From Hypanus sabinus (lineage: Eukaryota), in the NCBI RefSeq assembly GCF_030144855.1, contig NC_082715.1, positions 146,320,001 to 146,384,000 of the forward strand: DNA of 64,000 bases. Direction: 5' to 3'. The notes beneath the pieces are model-generated. The model was not told the origin of the DNA. It ran no database searches and saw nothing but the letters and a program-made list of their open reading frames with translations. Position numbers and translations under genes: made by a program. Every line of letters starts with the position of its first letter. Within the stretch, counting starts at the first letter, position 1. Of this stretch, positions 62,942 through 64,000 are shown one piece after another.

Positions 62942-64000
62942 CTGTTTAAAACAAGGTGACAGTTTAGTATAGGTTGAGTAACTGTTTCTGTTAAAACATC
63001 ACTTTTGTTTAAAATGCAGTTGGTATTTCATGTATTCCTTCAACTTAATGAACAAATATTTATTTTACCGTTTTCCCATTTCTATCGGTTAAATTAGACG
63101 TGAAAAAATTCCCACCTAAAATCTCCCGTGATATTTGTTTTTTGTGACGCAGAGGCACAATATGAATGTCGTAAAATGAATGATTTCGGCACGGGTTTTA
63201 ACCAGCATTGAAAGAATGAATGAAATTAATTTATTTCGGTCCGTACAACATAACAAAAAGCATAGATATTCTTGAAAACAGACCGAAAGGCTACCACTTA
63301 TTGCCGCTACCCCTCTTACTTACACAACAACATGTTTGGCGTCAATCATCACGTCAAAAAAGATTATAATCTTTTTACACAAAATCCAAATCCAAATATC
63401 AAATATATTTATATTACTCCCATTCATTTAAAACCATGTATTTTATATTTGTACATTAAATAATTTCTAAATTTTTAAAAAACTTGTTCAGTGTATGCAT
63501 GTTTTGAAATTCTTACTACAACTGTTCCATAGGGTCACCCCTCTGACTGAAAGATAATGATATTTTACATCTGTTCTTATCCTTTGATTTTGAAATATAC
63601 ATATTCCTCTCAAATCATGTTGACTTCCTCTCATTTTAAACAACCTTTGGATACTTTGTGGTAGTTGTCCTTTGGATTCCGGTTGAATAAAAATCTGAGG
63701 TTATACCTGACTGCCAGTTGTGGCTTCCATTGGGACCTAAGCTTCCACCGTTTCTACTTCTACCTTAGACACCTTCACTCCATTCAGATCTTCAGTCATC
63801 GAGACAAGAGGCTGAAGTCCAATACATGTTTTGCTTAAAATCGGGGATCAGTACACGGGGCTCTCAAACTTTTTTATGTTATGGACCCCTACCATTAGCA
63901 GAGGGATGTGTAGACCCGAGACTGGGAAGCACTTGAATAGTGTATTTAATTCATCTCAGCCATCAGAATACAGAATTCGCTTTGCGCAGTATAAAACTAC

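Larger units (their letters stand above)
827..64000. repeat. Direct tandem segmental duplication of the IgL unit (three full periods plus partial flanks)
   Basis: Coding, intronic and intergenic sequence is colinear between units. C-exon spacing is 23787, 13575 and 20463 bp, and the differences are explained by unit-specific insertions and deletions. Confidence 0.95.

Overview
Eukaryotic DNA, almost certainly from a cartilaginous fish (shark, skate or ray; inferred from the gene type and the repeat families). The window is a tandem array of immunoglobulin light-chain (IgL) mini-clusters on the minus strand, each with a leader exon, a germline-joined VJ exon and a C exon of lambda/type II-like sequence. 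C exons lie at 4794, 28581, 42156 and 62619, so the repeat units are about 24, 14 and 20 kb. Only cluster B (28581-33428) is fully intact and gives a 239-aa chain. Cluster A has an open VJ, but its C-exon splice acceptor is mutated (CAG>CAT). Cluster C has a V frameshift, a mutated promoter octamer and a weakened J donor. Cluster D is cut by the window edge. Each complete unit also hides a heavily decayed, oppositely oriented (plus-strand) second IgL cluster with V, possible J and C remnants and a clearly different C sequence, lying head-to-head with the intact-type gene. The spacers are filled with retroelements, several inserted in one unit only, with the empty site visible in the other units: young CR1 copies, an RTE element with a highly base-paired 5' leader, a 5'-inverted L1, a Penelope-like fragment, LTRs and SINEs. 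There are no prokaryotic features. Coordinates were read by hand; boundaries of old repeats are approximate.
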